42,819 nt of DNA from a virus (IMGVR_UViG_3300036713_000250:1-42819), one strand, 5' to 3'. Counted from the stretch's first letter, positions 16,239 through 25,539 are shown. The notes: a model not told the origin generated them from the letters alone. Made by a program: numbers and translations.

Positions 16239-16889
16239 TTAAAATGGCAGTTCGTTGTCAACGTCTTCTGGCATTATCTCATTATCTTTTAATGGCTCTG
16301 TTTGATCTGCCTCTGCCTCTACAGGTCGAACGATAAAACTTGTTTGAGCTAATTCTTTTAACTTCTCTGTTAAGAACTCTTGTACTTCGATAAAATAGAT
16401 CTTCCAGTAAGTCTTTTTCTCGCTTTTCTTTTTATCAACTTCTGGAAAGCCATGTAACTTTTCTTTCTTATCAAAGTCATAGAAATAATTACTTAACTTA
16501 TCACCGTTTTGTTGGAAGCTAATACCTGTCTTGCGTCCTGTATCTGTTTCAATGTCGTAAGGATGTAGAGTTACAGGTTGTGATAAGTCAGCGTTGAATA
16601 CTTTGCATGCGAAATCTTGGAAGTATCGACCAGTTACAGGCATGGAAAGCGTTGCATCTTCCATTTTGACATTACAAATTTCTCCGAAAGTTGTTTCTTT
16701 AAAACTGATATCTATAATCTTTCCTGTCCAGTTCATATAGACTAGCTCATACTTAACACCTTTCTTACCGTCAGATGTTTCATACTCACGTTTTCTAGCA
16801 TCAGGATTGTCTTTATCAACTTCCTGTACTATGTTTCCCCCGATGATTTTTAAATAGGTTTTACTCCTATCTACGGTTTGTCCTGGCAT
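16239..16889 (-). CDS. Putative single-stranded DNA-binding protein
   Basis: Beta-rich, acidic tail ending DNELPF, adjacent to the exonuclease. Confidence 0.6.
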   Translation of the reverse strand: MPGQTVDRSKTYLKIIGGNIVQEVDKDNPDARKREYETSDGKKGVKYELVYMNWTGKIIDISFKETTFGEICNVKMEDATLSMPVTGRYFQDFACKVFNADLSQPVTLHPYDIETDTGRKTGISFQQNGDKLSNYFYDFDKKEKLHGFPEVDKKKSEKKTYWKIYFIEVQEFLTEKLKELAQTSFIVRPVEAEADQTEPLKDNEIMPEDVDNELPF

Positions 16890-16922
16890 ATTTTTTTTGG
16901 TTAAATATTAATATAGTTGGAC

Positions 16923-17645
16923 TTATAATTTAAAATAATCTGGATAATCTATTTTATTTGATTTCTTATTAGGGTACATCATATCATAAGTAGCTTTAAA
17001 ATGCTTAAACTGATCCCAATATTCGTCTATTTCATATTCTAAGAATGAGTATTTTTTCTTGGTTTTATTACCTAAATGTAGGATAGCCACTTTTTGATTA
17101 TCCGGAATCGAGTTAGCATAGGCAGCAACCTGTACTTTGTGTTTTGGATAGATTGAGTTAGATGTTTTAAAGTCAATCACGTATTGCCCTTTATAATCCT
17201 TATAATCCAACTCGCAGAGATAATCAAGACTACCAGCGAATTTATGATTATGATTAATCACAATCTGCTCAGTGGCTATTGTCTTGGGGTTAAACTCATT
17301 ATGCCAGTCAATGAATGACTGAATACATTTCAACTCTTTTGGAGTCATTAGAGCCGTTTGTACAGCTTCTCCTTTTAGTAATTGTTCAATAGCTACATGT
17401 ACCGTTGTACCCTGTTCAGCAGACTTGATAAATTCCATCTGGCCAAACACACCGTTTTCTCTGATCCATTTAATTAAATATGAATCTTTTGGATATACCT
17501 GATCTAAGATTGAGGTGACAGATGGGTAGCTGAATACTTCCAGCTCTTCGATGATAGTTCCATTTTTATCTATAACTTGATTGATGCCAGTATACCATCT
17601 AAAGCCATCAGCTTCTTCGTGCTTAGTTATATAATCGTAGTTCAT
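16923..17645 (-). CDS. PD-(D/E)XK nuclease (phage exonuclease-like)
   Basis: YPSVTSIL, GTTVH, E...FAGSLD...VIDFKTS, QVAAY. Start 17645 inferred from the ATGA overlap and TAAC motif. Confidence 0.85.
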   Translation of the reverse strand: MNYDYITKHEEADGFRWYTGINQVIDKNGTIIEELEVFSYPSVTSILDQVYPKDSYLIKWIRENGVFGQMEFIKSAEQGTTVHVAIEQLLKGEAVQTALMTPKELKCIQSFIDWHNEFNPKTIATEQIVINHNHKFAGSLDYLCELDYKDYKGQYVIDFKTSNSIYPKHKVQVAAYANSIPDNQKVAILHLGNKTKKKYSFLEYEIDEYWDQFKHFKATYDMMYPNKKSNKIDYPDYFKL

Positions 17646-17827
17646 AAGGGTGAGGTTAGGTGAGTTAATAAGTTTTCTTGTAAACATTCTTTGCAAAAAT
17701 GAAATTCTTTTCTTCTCCCCACATGTTCTGTTATCTCACCTTTTGTTATCTCAATAGTATAGTAAGGATCTATATTTTTATCCATAACAAGCGTACATAT
17801 ATCGCATATAACATTAGTTTTAATCAT
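17642..17827 (-). CDS. Small zinc-finger-like protein
   Basis: CDIC...FCKEC. Confidence 0.7.
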   Translation of the reverse strand: MIKTNVICDICTLVMDKNIDPYYTIEITKGEITEHVGRRKEFHFCKECLQENLLTHLTSPL

Positions 17828-17831
17828 TGTT

Positions 17832-18023
17832 TTATTGGTTAGCTTGTTGTTTATCCCACTCTTCTTTTGAGGGAATTGAGATTTTCATATTATTTAACTC
17901 TAATTCTTTCACAATAAGCTCTCTAATCCATACGGATCTTTTTTTATAAATTTTCTTACAATGATTATCGGCCTTCTCCAGTAATTCTTTTGGCAAATAA
18001 AAATTTATTTGTTCACTATTCAT
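17832..18023 (-). CDS. Ribbon-helix-helix transcriptional regulator
   Basis: QINFYLPKELLEKAD...KRSVWIRELI; first gene of the leftward early operon. Confidence 0.8.
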   Translation of the reverse strand: MNSEQINFYLPKELLEKADNHCKKIYKKRSVWIRELIVKELELNNMKISIPSKEEWDKQQANQ

Positions 18024-18053
18024 AAGGTTTCTATTTAATTAATATCTATTTCC

Positions 18054-18082
18054 ATTATATTTCACATAAAACTTAATGTCAA
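18054..18082 (-). promoter_or_regulatory. Perfect consensus promoter TTGACA-17-TATAAT (leftward)
   Basis: -35 at 18082-18077, -10 at 18059-18054. Confidence 0.9.
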
Positions 18083-18105
18083 CTCTTATTTTACTTATTT
18101 TCTAC

Positions 18106-18134
18106 TTGACCTCTATTTGTTGTTTCTATAGAAT
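18106..18134 (+). promoter_or_regulatory. Rightward promoter TTGACC-17-TAGAAT
   Basis: -35 at 18106-18111, -10 at 18129-18134; overlapped by palindrome TTCTATAGAA at 18124-18133. Confidence 0.8.
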
Positions 18135-18162
18135 AGAAAGCACTTATTTCTATAAAAAAAAA

Positions 18163-18903
18163 ATGACTGAAAATAAATTTACAAAAATAGAAAATAATCT
18201 TTTAGAGGAAATAATAAAAACAAAACTAAATGGAACAGAGCTAAGAATTGTTTTACTGGTGCTAAGAAAGACAAATGGTTTTCAAAAAAAGGATGACTGG
18301 ATTAGCTATGGTAATTTTGAAAAAATTATACAAATAAAAAGGCCGAATATTTGGAAAGCTATAGTGTCACTAGTTACGAAAAAGTTACTAGTTACGAAAA
18401 AGTTACTAGGGAGGACGTTATACAGCATAAATAAGGAATATAATGCCCCACTAGTTACGAAAACGAAACTAGTTACGAAAACGAAACAAGGTAGTTACGA
18501 AAACGTAACACAGGTAGTTACGAAAAAGAAACCCACAAAAGAAAGTATTACAAAAGAAAATATACAAAAGAAAGTGCGCACTCAAAAAAAAATACAAAAA
18601 AATAGCTTTGGTGAATATGGTAAAATTAAACTAGGGGAAGCGGAGCTATTGAAGCTTTGCGCAGTATTTGGCCGCAAAAATGTTGAAAAATATATACAGA
18701 AAGTTGAGGATTGGGTCTTAGCTAAGGGAAAACCATATAAAAACGACGCAGCAGCTATTAGAATTTGGATGCGTAAAGATTTGGACGAGGGAAGGCTTGT
18801 AATAAACGAGTTCGATTTTTTGTTAAAGGATTTTAAAAATACTGAGGAAATGGATGAAGCTATAAACAAAGCATTAAAACTTAACAAAAAACAATATGCT
18901 TGA
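18163..18903 (+). CDS. Lambda O-like replication initiator
   Basis: FTKIENNLLEEI...LNGTELRIVLLVLRKTNGFQKKDDWIS resembles the Phage_rep_O N-terminus; internal iterons. ATG 18163 preferred because 18076 lies upstream of the promoter. Confidence 0.85.
   Translation: MTENKFTKIENNLLEEIIKTKLNGTELRIVLLVLRKTNGFQKKDDWISYGNFEKIIQIKRPNIWKAIVSLVTKKLLVTKKLLGRTLYSINKEYNAPLVTKTKLVTKTKQGSYENVTQVVTKKKPTKESITKENIQKKVRTQKKIQKNSFGEYGKIKLGEAELLKLCAVFGRKNVEKYIQKVEDWVLAKGKPYKNDAAAIRIWMRKDLDEGRLVINEFDFLLKDFKNTEEMDEAINKALKLNKKQYA
18371..18526 (+). repeat. Iteron cluster / replication origin: six copies of TAGTTACGAAAA
   Basis: Copies start at 18371, 18389, 18452, 18470, 18492 and 18515, followed by an A-rich tract. 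Confidence 0.9.
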
Positions 18904-20695
18904 AGATTTTTTACCTGAGTTTCCTAAAACAATATTTCAGGTGTTTAACGATAGAGATCCAGCTTGTAGTAAAGCTATGTATTATACAAGCTACAACGAG
19001 GAGGGCTTTAAAAAGCTTAATAGACAGGGTTTTGGCGTTTATTTTTCACCTAATGGATTTGATGGACGCAGATTGAAAGATAAGTTAAGCGTCATTAATG
19101 CGGTTTATGCGGACTTGGACGTGGCCAAGGATGGTGATGATAGCACAACAAAGCAGATTGTTGAGGGCAAGATTAGGATTGTAAAAGCTCTGTTAGAATA
19201 CTTTGCGCCAGCGTATATCATTGAAACTAAAAATGGAGTGCAGCCTATCTGGTTGCTAGAAAATTGTGATGTGACAAAAGAAAATATCAAATTACATAAG
19301 CGAGTTCTGAAAGGAATTATCGAATGGTCTAAGCAGTTCGGGGCTAAGGGGGATAACGTTTATGATATTACTAGGGTTTTGAGATTGCCGAATTATTATC
19401 ACATGAAATCTAAGCCTTACAGGTGTAGGGCAATGAGTTATAACTCTGACAGATATGAGCTTTGGTATTTAGCTGAGGCGTTTCCGTACGAGGAAGAGGA
19501 GGAAGTGCAGGAGTATCAGCCAAAATTAATACAAACATCTTACGCAGAAATTGACAGGATTCCGTTTCAAGATTTAGTTATTAGAGCTTTTGCAAGCGAA
19601 AATAGACAAGCCAGTTTTGATAAACAAAAGCGATTAATACTTGATGGCAGGCTTACAGGTACTCATCAGGGGAAGATTGGTGATGGCGACTTTTTGGCTA
19701 GTTCTAGCCACGAACCGTACAAGGGGAATAGAGTGACTGTTGTGGCAGATATTAAAAAAATATCAAACAAAGATGCTTTTAAGTGGATTAAAGAAGAGTA
19801 TAATTTGACTCTAACAAAACAAATAAAATCTAAATCTATTGAAGAAACAAACGAAAAAATAGAAGATCAAGAAATTGAGCCAGATATTTTTGATGAAGAC
19901 GTGCAGGTTTTTACTTGGGGAACAGAAAGATTAAACAACGTTTTAACTCCTATCCAGCCTAATCAGTTCAATGTTTTAGCTGGAACTACTGGAACAGGTA
20001 AGACGACCTTTGCCTTTGATGTAGCTATTAAAAATGCTGTTCAGGGTAAGAAGATTTTATTTTTAACTCTTGAGATGACCACAAAAGAAATTTATATCAG
20101 GACGGCTAGAGCCTACGCAGGGATAACTAAGCAGGAATGGAGAAACAGAAAAGACGTTGATCCAGTTAAAAAACTGGCTTTCAAAAAACGATATGAAGAA
20201 TTGAAAAAGATAGAGACGTTTTATTTAAAGGGTTTCCCTCAAGATGTACAGCCTACTTTGGAAAATATATTTAAAATTATAAAGGACGTTAAACCAGATT
20301 TGACGTTTATTGACAATTTTGACTTAATCAAAAAAGATGATTCCGCACCAGAATATTTAGAACAGACAAGGATTGCTAATGAGTTGATGAATTATTGTAA
20401 TTATAATAAAAATCCGATTATATTAATTCATCATGTTAATTCTAAAAATCCAGGGAAAGGTTTAGCCTCTTTGCGTGGAAGCGGTAAGACTGCGGATAAT
20501 AGCTGGTCTACAATTTTTGTTTCAAGGAATTGGGATGTGGATGCGGGTAAGGAGGAAAATGCTAAATTACTTGTCAGACACGAGAAAGACAGGGATTTTG
20601 GACAGCTTAGTAGTTGTACTGTATATTTCAACAAAGGAACTTTTGTAGATGAGTTTCCAAAAGAAGTGGATTATACTAATATGGGATTTGAATAA
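18896..20695 (+). CDS. Primase-helicase fusion (RepB'-like AEP primase plus DnaB-like SF4 helicase)
   Basis: YADLD, IETKNGVQPIW and DITRVLRLP (primase). GTTGTGKT, LTLEMT, FIDNFDLI, IHH and SLRGSG (SF4 helicase). Confidence 0.85.
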   Translation: MLEDFLPEFPKTIFQVFNDRDPACSKAMYYTSYNEEGFKKLNRQGFGVYFSPNGFDGRRLKDKLSVINAVYADLDVAKDGDDSTTKQIVEGKIRIVKALLEYFAPAYIIETKNGVQPIWLLENCDVTKENIKLHKRVLKGIIEWSKQFGAKGDNVYDITRVLRLPNYYHMKSKPYRCRAMSYNSDRYELWYLAEAFPYEEEEEVQEYQPKLIQTSYAEIDRIPFQDLVIRAFASENRQASFDKQKRLILDGRLTGTHQGKIGDGDFLASSSHEPYKGNRVTVVADIKKISNKDAFKWIKEEYNLTLTKQIKSKSIEETNEKIEDQEIEPDIFDEDVQVFTWGTERLNNVLTPIQPNQFNVLAGTTGTGKTTFAFDVAIKNAVQGKKILFLTLEMTTKEIYIRTARAYAGITKQEWRNRKDVDPVKKLAFKKRYEELKKIETFYLKGFPQDVQPTLENIFKIIKDVKPDLTFIDNFDLIKKDDSAPEYLEQTRIANELMNYCNYNKNPIILIHHVNSKNPGKGLASLRGSGKTADNSWSTIFVSRNWDVDAGKEENAKLLVRHEKDRDFGQLSSCTVYFNKGTFVDEFPKEVDYTNMGFE

Positions 20696-20704
20696 ATAAT
20701 TTAT

Positions 20705-20857
20705 ATGGACATTGAAAGGGAAATATTAAATTGCTTAGATCGCATTGATTATCATGAGGCTTGTATCCAAAAACATGCTCAGGAAGTTACTCGACTCTGG
20801 AATAAAATTGAATTACTGAACTCAAATACTAAAATTAAAATACCGTATGAAAGATAA
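20705..20857 (+). CDS. Unannotated 50-aa hypothetical protein (MDIEREILNCLDRID...)
   Basis: Hand translation; fills the gap and overlaps the next start. Confidence 0.6.
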   Translation: MDIEREILNCLDRIDYHEACIQKHAQEVTRLWNKIELLNSNTKIKIPYER

Positions 20858-21107
20858 AAAGAAACTCAAGCCAAACCAGTACACAAAACAGCTATGCAAC
20901 AATCATCCTTGGCTATCCAACGTTGAATACGAAAATGATTTAATTCGCAAAGTATGGGACAAGTTCCCTTACTACAAAGCGTCAACTATCATTAGACTAG
21001 CTTATAACATGCGTAAGAAAATAGAAAAGAAACGAAACACCAAGGAAGTGAAGGAGGCAAGACTAAAGTTTTCTAACTATAGACAAAAGGCTCAAAGTGT
21101 GATATAA
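20847..21107 (+). CDS. Basic hypothetical protein
   Basis: ORF track; K/R-rich; lies between replication and packaging genes. Confidence 0.65.
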   Translation: MKDKKKLKPNQYTKQLCNNHPWLSNVEYENDLIRKVWDKFPYYKASTIIRLAYNMRKKIEKKRNTKEVKEARLKFSNYRQKAQSVI

Positions 21108-21149
21108 GAGGGATGTTTTGTCAATATTATTATATTGTAAGATAACATT

Positions 21150-21449
21150 ATGAGGGGTTTTCAGAAAGGGCATAACATTTCAGGTGGTAGACCTAAAGGT
21201 GCAAAAAATAAGAAGACTGTGCAGTGGGAGCTTTTTTCAGAATGGATGATGTCAAAAGGTTTAGAGAGGTTTCAAGAAGAAATGAATAAGCTTGAGGGAA
21301 AGGATTTTGTTCTAACTGTAAAAGACATGATGGAGTATTTTCAGCCCAAACTTAGCCGTAGTGATAATCATAATACACACGATGTAGGCGCAACTTTAAC
21401 GGAAGTTTTAAATAAACTTGATGGAAAAATATCTTCAACTGGTAAGTAA
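21150..21449 (+). CDS. terS: Putative terminase small subunit
   Basis: FQKGHNISGGRPKGAKNK motif; overlaps terL. Confidence 0.65.
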   Translation: MRGFQKGHNISGGRPKGAKNKKTVQWELFSEWMMSKGLERFQEEMNKLEGKDFVLTVKDMMEYFQPKLSRSDNHNTHDVGATLTEVLNKLDGKISSTGK

Positions 21450-22860
21450 ATTTAAATTATCACCTATTCCGTTTGTAGAGGCGATGTTTAATCTAAACCC
21501 CCTCAAAGATGGGGAGTTTTTTGTGAAAGGAAAACACATATCACCGCAACAGTTAGAGATATTACAAGCGGTTGAAAAAGCTATGAAAGGCGAAGCTCCA
21601 CCTCGCATATCTGTTGCGTCAGGACATGGAATAGGCAAATCAAGCTGTTTGTCGTGGCTGATACTCTGGTATTTGTTTTCGTTTTATCAATCTCAAATAG
21701 CGTGTACCGCTCCAACTAGCGCACAAATGTCAGACGTGCTCTGGAAAGAAGTGTCGCTATGGATTAATAAAATGCCAAAAGAGATTGGTAATTTATACGA
21801 ACACACACACGGCCACGTTAGGATCAAAGAGAGTCCAGAAACGTGGTTTGCTAGAGCTAAGACAGCAGCGAAAGAGAATCCAGAAGCGTTAGCAGGTGTG
21901 CATGGCGAGCATGTTTTATATATCGCAGATGAGGCTTCCGCGGTACCACTTCCAATATTCCAAACGATGGAAGGAGCTTTAACTGGTGGGAATATTCTGG
22001 TTATACTCTGTTCGAACCCAACAAGATTGATAGGATATTTTTACGATACACATCACAAAGATAAGGATTTTTGGCAGACACTACAGTTCAGCTCAGAAAA
22101 CTCACCACTCGTTGAGGATGGCTATGTAGAGCGTATGAAGGCTAAATATCAAATAGACGAGGATGAGTACAGGGTTAGAGTATCAGGACTATTCCCTAAA
22201 GCGGATGCAGTTGACGACCTTGGTTATGTACCGCTCTTGACAGAAAGCGACTTGCATTACTTTGATAAAGGTGCCCCTTTTAAAGCCCTCACACGTCTTG
22301 GAGTTGACCCAGCGGGTGAAGGTTCCAATAAAACAGTTTGGTGCGTTAGAGATAAATTTAGAGCGGTTAGAGTGGCTTCTGAAAATGTATCTACACCCAA
22401 GGGAATTGCACAGAAGACTTTGACAATTATGGCTAAATATAATGTTGAGGCACATGATGTGTATGTAGATAATTTTGGGGTAGGGGCTAATGTTGTGCAG
22501 GAATTAGCTATTTCTGGTGCGTATGTGAAGGGTATTAACGTTGGGAATAAGCCAGAAGATGAAGAGCGTTTTATGAATTTGAGGGCGGAGGTTTATTTTA
22601 GAGTGAAGGAGTGGCTTAGGTCAGGTGGCGAGTTGAATAGGGACAGTTCGTGGCTTGAGCTATTATCAATTAGATTTAAGCGTGGTGGAAGTAAAGACCG
22701 TATTCAAATTATGTCAAAGGAAAAAATGAGAAAGGAAGGCATACAGAGTCCAGATGTTGCGGATGCTTTGTCTTTGACATTTTCAGAGCCAGACTTTATA
22801 GGGGCTGTAGTTGTACAGGAAACAGTCGAGGAAGTGTTTGATAGATATGATCCTATTTAA
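21421..22860 (+). CDS. terL: Terminase large subunit
   Basis: Walker A SGHGIGKS, Walker B YIADEA, SNPT coupling motif, nuclease GVDPAGEG...SPDVADAL. Confidence 0.95.
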   Translation: MEKYLQLVSKFKLSPIPFVEAMFNLNPLKDGEFFVKGKHISPQQLEILQAVEKAMKGEAPPRISVASGHGIGKSSCLSWLILWYLFSFYQSQIACTAPTSAQMSDVLWKEVSLWINKMPKEIGNLYEHTHGHVRIKESPETWFARAKTAAKENPEALAGVHGEHVLYIADEASAVPLPIFQTMEGALTGGNILVILCSNPTRLIGYFYDTHHKDKDFWQTLQFSSENSPLVEDGYVERMKAKYQIDEDEYRVRVSGLFPKADAVDDLGYVPLLTESDLHYFDKGAPFKALTRLGVDPAGEGSNKTVWCVRDKFRAVRVASENVSTPKGIAQKTLTIMAKYNVEAHDVYVDNFGVGANVVQELAISGAYVKGINVGNKPEDEERFMNLRAEVYFRVKEWLRSGGELNRDSSWLELLSIRFKRGGSKDRIQIMSKEKMRKEGIQSPDVADALSLTFSEPDFIGAVVVQETVEEVFDRYDPI

Positions 22861-22928
22861 ATTGACTTATTTCCTTTTTTATGCTAGCTATTAGTTAGTA
22901 CTCTTATTCCAAAAAACAACTTTTATAT

Positions 22929-24953
22929 ATGGCAAAAGGGCATACCGATGAGGAAAACTTTATTCCTAGAGTGGAATATTCTGAGGAAGAGATGAAGTAT
23001 AGAGATATGCTTATTAGGCGATGCGACCATGCAAACAACCAGCGTCAACAGAAATGGGTTGAGCTTGATGATATGGATTATGAAACATGGTGGTGGAAGT
23101 CAAAGAAGGCTATTGAGGCTTATATAGAGCCTAAAAAGAATAAGGAGGATGTTAAAGTTGTGACTGGTACTACAAGGGAAAAGAACAATACTTTAGTTGC
23201 GACTCTTTTGAACTATAATCTTGAGGCTGACTTAACGGCGTTTGATGATAAAGATCAAGCGAATGTTGAGCTGGGGCAAACGATGGAGGCGATGGTGCGT
23301 AAGTCAAGAAGGCTAGAGATGCCTGAGTATGAAGACAAGAGGCCGTTGATTTACAAAGAGTTAGCTGGAATGGGGAACGTGTTTATTGAAGAGCAGCTAG
23401 TGGAATATAAGATTCCTGAAAAGGATTTAGATGATTTAGATTGGAGTGAGGGGATTGACCCTAAGAAAATTAAATGGAAAGAGAAATTGAATAAGACATA
23501 TAGTTATTGTAATTCTTCTATGCTGTGTGGGCTTGATGTGTTTCCAGGGAATATGCGAGAGTTTCATATTGAACTACAGCCGTATATTGTTTTAAGACGT
23601 AGGCGAACACGCGCAGAGATGGAAGCGGTTTATGGTGAATGGACACGTTGGAAAAATGTCCCAAAAGAGTTGACTTATACAGCAGGTAATGAGGATTCAG
23701 GAGATTATGATGATTACCAGATGATTAAAACTGAGGTGGATTTTGTTGAAGAGATTAAATATTTCGATAAGTGGAAGAATGAGTTTATGATTATGCTTAA
23801 CGGTGTGATGATGTTGCCCGCTGGGTTTCCGTTGAGTGCTTTAACTGGTGTGTGTGAGTATCCTATTTCAAAAGGAGATGCTGAACCTATAAGTGCTAAT
23901 TTCTTTTATTCAAGGGGCATCGGGTCAAAAACTAGAATGGATCAGGCTATGATGGATGAGATGTTTAAAATGATGTTGGTTAAAACTAGAAAGAGTTTTA
24001 AGCCTCCTATTGTAAATAATACTGGGCAAAACATAAGTTCAAAGATATATTTGCCAGGGACTATTTGGAAGAATTTAGATCCAGATAAGATTAAACAGAT
24101 TGGAGAGGCTACAGGTGTTACCCCTGCTGAGTTCAATATGACTCAATTTATTAAGCAGGTTATAGATAGCAAAACTATGGCCTCAATTATGGAAGGGCAG
24201 CAAGCATCGAAAGGGACTACAGCTAGAGAGATTGTAGAAATGAAACAGCAATCAATGGTTAAGATTGGAATGGTGATGTTAGGGGTAGTTAATCTTGAGA
24301 AGAGGATGGCGTGGTTGCGTATATATAATATATTAAGGAACTGGACTAAGCCTGTTGACAAGCGGATGGAAGAGGTTGAGGGTAAGCTGGAAGAGGTTAA
24401 TGAGTATAGAACAGTTGATGTTGAGGATGAGTTTGAGAACGGACAGAAGGGGCGTAGAGTTATTGAGATGACAGACAAAGAGCCTTTGCCTCAACCTGAG
24501 CAAGTGATGGCTGAGGAGGAAGTTACAGAGTATTATACAGGTGAGAAGATCAGAAAGACTTATATTAATCCGAAAGTTTTACAGAGTTTAAAATACAAAT
24601 GGCAGGTTAATATTGAACCTACAGAGAAACAAACAGGGATGCTTAAGGCAGCTAAGTATGAGGAATTTTTACAGAAAGTTATGGCTATCTTTGCACCTCT
24701 TGGGAAAATGCCTAATGTGGATTATGCAGCAGATAGAATGGCTTTACTTAACGATGAGAATCCTGAACAGTTTTGGCAAGCACCTCAACCGCAGATGCCT
24801 CAAATGCCAGGGATGCCAGGACAAGAAGGGGGTGGAATGCCACCTGAAATGGGAGGGCAACCTATTCCTAATGAATTAGCAGCACAGTTGACAGGGGGAG
24901 GAGCCGGGGAGGCTCAACCAGATTTATCTCTTAATAGTTTAGTAAATGGCTAA
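22929..24953 (+). CDS. Portal protein
   Basis: 674 aa immediately after terL; TTAREI motif; Q/M/P/G-rich C-terminal tail typical of podoviral portals. Confidence 0.85.
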   Translation: MAKGHTDEENFIPRVEYSEEEMKYRDMLIRRCDHANNQRQQKWVELDDMDYETWWWKSKKAIEAYIEPKKNKEDVKVVTGTTREKNNTLVATLLNYNLEADLTAFDDKDQANVELGQTMEAMVRKSRRLEMPEYEDKRPLIYKELAGMGNVFIEEQLVEYKIPEKDLDDLDWSEGIDPKKIKWKEKLNKTYSYCNSSMLCGLDVFPGNMREFHIELQPYIVLRRRRTRAEMEAVYGEWTRWKNVPKELTYTAGNEDSGDYDDYQMIKTEVDFVEEIKYFDKWKNEFMIMLNGVMMLPAGFPLSALTGVCEYPISKGDAEPISANFFYSRGIGSKTRMDQAMMDEMFKMMLVKTRKSFKPPIVNNTGQNISSKIYLPGTIWKNLDPDKIKQIGEATGVTPAEFNMTQFIKQVIDSKTMASIMEGQQASKGTTAREIVEMKQQSMVKIGMVMLGVVNLEKRMAWLRIYNILRNWTKPVDKRMEEVEGKLEEVNEYRTVDVEDEFENGQKGRRVIEMTDKEPLPQPEQVMAEEEVTEYYTGEKIRKTYINPKVLQSLKYKWQVNIEPTEKQTGMLKAAKYEEFLQKVMAIFAPLGKMPNVDYAADRMALLNDENPEQFWQAPQPQMPQMPGMPGQEGGGMPPEMGGQPIPNELAAQLTGGGAGEAQPDLSLNSLVNG

Positions 24954-25161
24954 TGATAAAAAAATAAAAGATTTACAAGATGATTTAAAATTAAAATCTG
25001 AGGATTTACAGGCGGATATTATTGATGAGTTTGGAGAGATAAATTTTACACAAATACAAAGCCTACCTAAAAAGGATAGGAAAAAATATAATTCGTATAG
25101 AGAAGCTTCAAGGGGGTTGGCTTTAGCAGCTTCACACTTAGGAAAGTTGATAGAAAAATAA
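24946..25161 (+). CDS. Hypothetical protein
   Basis: Overlaps the portal stop. Confidence 0.65.
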   Translation: MANDKKIKDLQDDLKLKSEDLQADIIDEFGEINFTQIQSLPKKDRKKYNSYREASRGLALAASHLGKLIEK

Positions 25162-25194
25162 ATCGTATCGCACTGCGTGAATGTGCGTAACAAT

Positions 25195-25539
25195 ATGAGA
25201 AAACTAATAGCATACTTGTATAACAAGTATTGTAGACAGGATATAAAAACTTTATATATTGGAGGGATTCAAAGGAATTTTGATATAGAGATAGACGAAA
25301 ACCAGAAGAAAGAATTTTCAAACGTGGCTTATTCATTTGTGAATAGTGACGCTTTTTATTTTTTTATGGTTGATTTAATCAAGCCTTATGTTGATATTCT
25401 TGTGTGTAAGGGTGAGAGTGAGAAATTAAGAGATTCGGCGGTGTTTGGAATTAATGTGATATTAAAAGCAGAAGAGTATTTAAAGGCGTGGTCATCACGA
25501 CCTGAGCAGGAGAAGTTTGATAAATATGAACCAATTTAA
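25195..25539 (+). CDS. Hypothetical protein
   Basis: ORF track (ATG 25195 preferred). Ends EKFDKYEPI, similar to the terL end EVFDRYDPI. Confidence 0.7.
   Translation: MRKLIAYLYNKYCRQDIKTLYIGGIQRNFDIEIDENQKKEFSNVAYSFVNSDAFYFFMVDLIKPYVDILVCKGESEKLRDSAVFGINVILKAEEYLKAWSSRPEQEKFDKYEPI

Noticed and set aside
16923-17645. Nuclease as Cas4
   Set aside because: It lacks the four-Cys Fe-S cluster pattern, and its context next to an SSB-like gene fits a recombination exonuclease.
18371-18526. Repeat cluster as a mini-CRISPR array
   Set aside because: Repeats are 12 bp with mostly 6-11 nt gaps inside a coding gene; this fits iterons, and no cas genes are present.
21096-21124. - strand TTGACA at 21124-21119 as an antisense promoter
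   Set aside because: The hexamer at 17-nt spacing is CACACT, a poor -10, and no - strand gene follows.
24780-24910. QMP/GMP low-complexity repeats at the portal C-terminus
   Set aside because: A common disordered tail in podoviral portals; not distinctive.
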